Position numbers and translations under genes: made by a program. A stretch of DNA of 64,000 nucleotides from the human T2T-CHM13v2.0 reference genome, Homo sapiens, in the NCBI RefSeq assembly GCF_009914755.1, contig NC_060928.1. One strand, given 5' to 3'. Below the pieces are notes generated by a model. The model made no database searches. It was not told where the DNA came from and saw only the letters and a list, made by a program, of their open reading frames with translations. Shown here piece by piece: positions 58,001 to 64,000 of the stretch (positions are counted from its first letter, which is position 1; every line of letters starts with the position of its first letter).

Positions 58001-58254
58001 TTATAATACCACCTTTCTAATAGCTCCTGAAATGTAACCAGATCAGGGAAGTGTTGTTACCTGAAGTTACCTAACTTTAGAAAATCAAGGAGAAGCAGTT
58101 TCTGGAAAGCCACAGAGTTAGTCGATAATGAAATAAGAGATTAAGCTACACCAAGGATTAGATTGGTATTTTCAAAATCAAAAACCAACTCTCGTTTTGT
58201 CCTTGTACACTTGGAAGATCCACCTGAGGCTCTGGCCACTGTAGTTAAAATTCA

Positions 58255-58542
<288 letters not shown>

Positions 58543-59994
58543 TCATATGATAGTAAAATATACAAAAACAAAAAGTTTTATACAATTTGTTTTGATGACT
58601 TGTTTTTAAGAAAGAGGTCAATTTTGAAGAAGACTTAAGTTTTGTTTGAGACGAGAGAAAGTAAAGATATAGCCAGGAAGTGAGGTGAAAACGAATTTTA
58701 GGACACAGAAATGAAGACTTTAATTCCATCCTTTGCAAATCATCCATAAATATGTTTGGCTTCTTTTAAATGTTCGTCAAGTTCAACAATTGAAAAGGAA
58801 CTGACAGAATTTGGTTTAGTATCTTTAGGGTCATCCTTTGAGCATTAGAAGAAATAATCAAAGACTGAATCTAAATCTTCACATTCTCTTTTTTTCTTTG
58901 AGAGTCCAGTGTACTTTCTGTTTTAGGCAATGTGGCAACCTAGATTACCTGACAACTCCCTTGCTATATAAAACAATATGTGTATCATATTGCAAGCTCT
59001 TAAGAGGGCTAAGGCCAGAGGGTTTTCATTTATTCCACTTGCTATCATTATTATTCAGGAGTAAGGAAGCCACATGCTGATGAATGAATACCCAGGAGGT
59101 GTTTTGTGTAACGGTGCTTCTCAGATTCTCTCACAGTTTTGTGAAATTAAAACTGTTTCTGTCTCTCTGTCTGTCTGTCTGTCTCCCTCCACCTCCACCC
59201 AGTTTCTGCCTGTCCCTCTCTGTCCTTTCTTCTTCCGTCCCTCCATCTTCCTTTCTCCATCCCTTCCTGACTCCATTTGTCTTTTGATGACTGACTTTAC
59301 TCAAACTACTCGTATTCTGAAGCAGCACAGCTGTCCGCCCTTAGCTTCTATCTCCCTTCCAGATTAGGGTATTTGTTCCCTGGGGACGTGTGTAGCCAGG
59401 CCACATGGAGATCCAGGGAAGGAGGGGAAGGAGAACAGGGTGAAGGAAGTGGGTGGGACAGAGCAGTTGGAGTCGCTGCAGTGACACCTTTCCAACTGTG
59501 CACACCTGCTGAAAGCGAATGCCAGCCCACTCTCCTCCTTTCCTCTCATCTCACACTCACCTTTTACTTCCTCCCACATGAACCGAGCACACACATACAA
59601 ATGCAGACATATACTCACACCAAGATATTTTCATCTCACAGCAGGTATTATTTTCTTCCCCAGTTTTCCTGTCTCAAAGTCCATTTCCACTCTGCTCCCT
59701 GAAGACCACAGCCCAAGGCTGTAAACCAGGGAGGAGCTGGAGCTGAGTTGCACATGGCAGCCTGGGAGCTGCCAGCAGTAGCTTTTAGTCTTAAAAAAAA
59801 AAAAAAGAAGCCAGCAAATAAGCCCAGATATGCATTGTTTTGTTTTGTTTCTTCTTGGCATGATCCTGTGGCCATACTAGCTAGGAAAAGGTGACTAGGC
59901 CGAACTTCATGACTATGAGATCAAATTCCTTCCTGTGTGAGAACTGGCAAGAGGTTAGTTTGTTTTCTGTTCTTATGACATTTCCTTTTTGCAT

Positions 59995-60124
59995 ATTTTT
60001 GATTTTTATTTTTTTTAGAGGCAGGGTCTTGCTGTGTTGCTCAATCTGGTCTGGACTCACACAATCTTCCTGCCTCAACCTCCCCAAGTGATAGGATTAC
60101 AGGCGTGAACCACTGAGCCTGGCC
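59995..60124 (-). mobile_element. FLAM / Alu left monomer
   Basis: Antisense monomer; TSD TATGACATTTC. Confidence 0.85.
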
Positions 60125-60176
60125 CTATGACATTTCTGATCGTAATTTTTCTACCTGTTAAAGCAAACACTTTTTT

Positions 60177-60359
60177 GTCTCTACAAAAAATTTAAAAATT
60201 AGCTGGGCATGGTGGCACACATCTGTCCCAGGTACTCAGGAAGCTGAGGCAGGAGGACCAGTTGAGCCCAGAAGTCTGAAGCTGTGGTGAGCTCTGATCA
60301 CACCACTGCACTTCAGCCTGGGCAACACAGCAAGACCTGTCTCTAAATAAATCAATAAA
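60177..60359 (+). mobile_element. AluJ right arm (5'-truncated)
   Basis: GTCTCTACAAAAAATTTAAAAATTAGCTGGGC...AAATAAATCAATAAA. Confidence 0.85.
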
Positions 60360-60432
60360 GTGAACACATTTCCTCTCCAGGCGTATTTGCTTGTGTGTTC
60401 TCACTTCTGGTGATGGTGCTATTAGTTGCTGA

Positions 60433-60808
<376 letters not shown>

Positions 60809-62079
60809 CTCTTCCCTGTTCTTGGCACTTAACTTTTATGTCAGGCACTGTGTGTTTTTAGCTCCTTTAAACAAGCACTATCAAATAAGTGAGGCTCAGA
60901 GAGATTAAGTAATTTATGCAAGAAAATATCCCACGGAAAGTAAATATGCCATATTCATTGTCATGTGTCTCAATGGCGCCTCTCACCATGCTGATTCATA
61001 ATAACAGAGTTGCTATCTAGGGAAAGTCACCAGCAGTTTTTCTTCTTCTCCATGCAGAGTTCCATGAATAGGCCTTACATTTGCTTGGAACTGGGGGCCG
61101 GTAAGCTGCTTACACTGTAATCTACCCTGTATCCAATAGCTCGTAGCATTTTCCTGGTATAATAGTCAACATACTTTATTCAGTGTACACCATGATCCAG
61201 GTTCTTAACCCATGCCAGCAGGTCTAACATGGGAACAGAATGCCTTAAGTGACGCTGTTGAAGAGCTAAGGGAGGAGCAGGGTGACCGCAGTCTTTATTA
61301 TCTAATCTCTATGATTAATGTGAGTTTTAAAAAACATCTGATATTAATTTCATTCAACATATTGAATAAAAACATGCAACTGTTAGGCTTTCATTGAAGT
61401 TATATGAGCAGTGGGACCTTGATAAAGGAAAGGCACGTGGAAAGAAAGAGTAAATTTAATAAAGACGCTGTTTGGGTATGATGCATAATTTCTCATAACC
61501 ATGGTACCGAGAATTTAATTTTCAGAAAGATAGAGAGGAATATTTTGAAAAAATAATTGATACCTTTTCTAAAATATCTAAGAGCATTGCTAATCATAAG
61601 CTTTAAAATATTAATAAAAGGAAAACATACTGTGTTTGGTAAAATATAATTTATAATAATTTTTAAATATTATTTTATAGCTTTCATTTTATATATTATA
61701 TATTTTATATGATCTTTATATTATTCACATATCTTTAAAGGTAGATTTTAAATATCAGAACATTTTCAAAGAAATATTCCTAAACTCCAGTCTTTGGGGT
61801 GAGTGGCATGGTTCCTTGCTTGAATGAGATGACCCCACAAGGTGCTATTATATAAATGTCATCAATCAATCAGCACATTTTTGGGAGTCCTTGAAGTACG
61901 TGCTTAGTGAAAGTACCAGAAGATCCAAAAAAATTTGAGTTAGAATCCTTGCCTTTCAGGATCTAAGAGTTAAGTTGGGGAAATACAACATATTTGCAAA
62001 TTACCTTATAGTTAAAGGCAGTATGGACAAGCTCAACTTTTTACTACTTCCACACTCTCTCATTGAATTCTTCACAAAT

Positions 62080-62650
62080 AGTCATTCATTCAACAAGTAT
62101 TTATTGAGTGTCTGCCCTTGTGAGGTCCATAGAGCTCAAAGGTGAATCGCATGTGAATCCTGCCCGTAGGGAGCTGAGCAGGGGACATGAGCCCTACAAC
62201 CTTAACTCTAGCACAGAGGGGAATGCGAATAGAGCCATGAAAAAGGGACAGATACAATAAGGTGACTCCGAAGAAAGATCAATGATTTTTACCTGGAGAA
62301 AACAGAGGTGGCATCACCTTTTTTAGATCTTAAAGTAATTTGGATTTGGAGATAGAAAGATGGAGGAAAATGTCTTTCCAGAGAGAAGCAACTCTGCCTA
62401 AGTAGAAAGGTGTAAGGCATGGAGTGGCTACAGCAAGTGTGGCTAGAGCAAGGAATATGCGAAGAGGACACACGAGGGAGAGCTTGCAAAAATATATTTT
62501 GGGGTATCTGTGACCAAATATAACATTCACCTTTAGAGTTCATTTCAAGTTTGATAGGCACTAGAAAGCCATTTGGAGTTTTCTAGGAGTAAATCGACAT
62601 GTTCAGAGGTATGTTGCAGTAACATTAAACCTGGTGACTATGTGAGGTCT
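62080..62650 (-). mobile_element. L2 3' fragment
   Basis: TCATTCATTCAACAAGTATTTATTGAGTG is the antisense L2 tail, followed by purine-rich body. Confidence 0.72.
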
Positions 62651-62886
62651 GATTGTCCCATCTGTAACTCACTCAAAGTCATTATATCCAGAACTTTTTT
62701 ATCAATCTGTGTATCAGTGAATTTGTCTAAAGTGAAAGGCTGCAGTGGCTGTTCTGGTTGTTCTTGTGCGGATCTGCCCAGCTGTGTTAGATCCTTAAAC
62801 ACTTTTATAGTCTCCAAGTCTAGACCCTGTCCTTTTTCCTTGTGTCCATTTTGAACCTTGGTCACAAAGATTTCCCTGGGTATTCA

Positions 62887-63222
<336 letters not shown>

Positions 63223-63691
63223 TTAAAAAGAAATGTTATCTCTATTTTCAGTAACAGAAATAAAATGAAAAATAGTAATGTTTTTCATAAGCAACCTTTC
63301 GATCTTAAAAATACTCTAAATCATGCAACTGATTATGTTTCCCTCTTTGTGCTGGCAAGTAGATTATTTAAAGCCAGATTTGTGTTCCTCTTTAAAAATG
63401 TATAGTACTATACAGTAGGTATTTTGTCCACTAACCTTAAATCTGGCTTTATCTTATGTTTCACACTTTTATTTTTCTTGTATTCTATCTTTATTTTTGG
63501 CAGTGTTGTACTTTATCTTGTTACACTTTATATACTGATTCTATCTTGAGTAAATTGGTACGGATAAATACATGCTCCAGCCACTTCTCATGTTTTGTAA
63601 GCCCAAATCTGTAGAGCTAGCATTGACCCTAACTGAATCCCCGGATTTTGCTCCTGTTTGTGGTCTGGTGCAGAATTTAAATTTCTGTCCA

Positions 63692-63991
63692 GGCCAGGCA
63701 CAGTGGCTCATGCCTGTAATCCCAGCACCTTCAGAGGCCAAGGCTGGAGGCTCACTTGAGCTCTGGAGTTCGAGACCAGTCTGGGCAACATAGTGAGACC
63801 TTGTCTCTACAAAAAATTTAAAAATTAGCCAGTGAGGTGGCTCATGCCTGTGATCCCAGCTACTCAGGAGGCTGAGGTGGGATTGATTTTCTTGAGTCCG
63901 GGAGGTCAAGGCTGCAGTGAGCTGTGATTGTGCCACTGCACCCCAGCCTGGGCAACAGAGCGAGACCCTGTCTCAAAAAACAATTAAAAAA
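63692..63991 (+). mobile_element. AluJ SINE
   Basis: Full dimer. Confidence 0.92.
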
Positions 63992-64000
63992 ATTTTTTTT

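Overview
Primate (very probably human) genomic DNA, AT-rich, with no CpG island and no credible multi-exon coding sequence. It reads as part of a very large intron, with the host probably on the + strand; I could not name the gene. The window is dominated by transposon fossils: about 30 Alu/FLAM/FAM elements, L1PA/L1MA/L1M pieces, L2, L3/CR1, MIR, Tigger2a, MADE1, MER58A and MLT1. It also has microsatellites and short tandem duplications. Most ORFs in the track come from Alus or simple repeats. The more notable items are: a 3'-truncated U2 snRNA retrocopy with a target-site duplication (TSD); a ~35-nt poly(A)+ mRNA 3'-end retrocopy with an 18-bp TSD; a ~180-bp inverted duplication bracketing 1.6 kb; three strong + strand splice acceptors each followed by quick stop codons and AATAAA (candidate alternative last exons); and several repeat-free, enhancer-like blocks. 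I see no evidence for a new biological system. Repeat subfamily calls are by eye and boundaries of old repeats are approximate.
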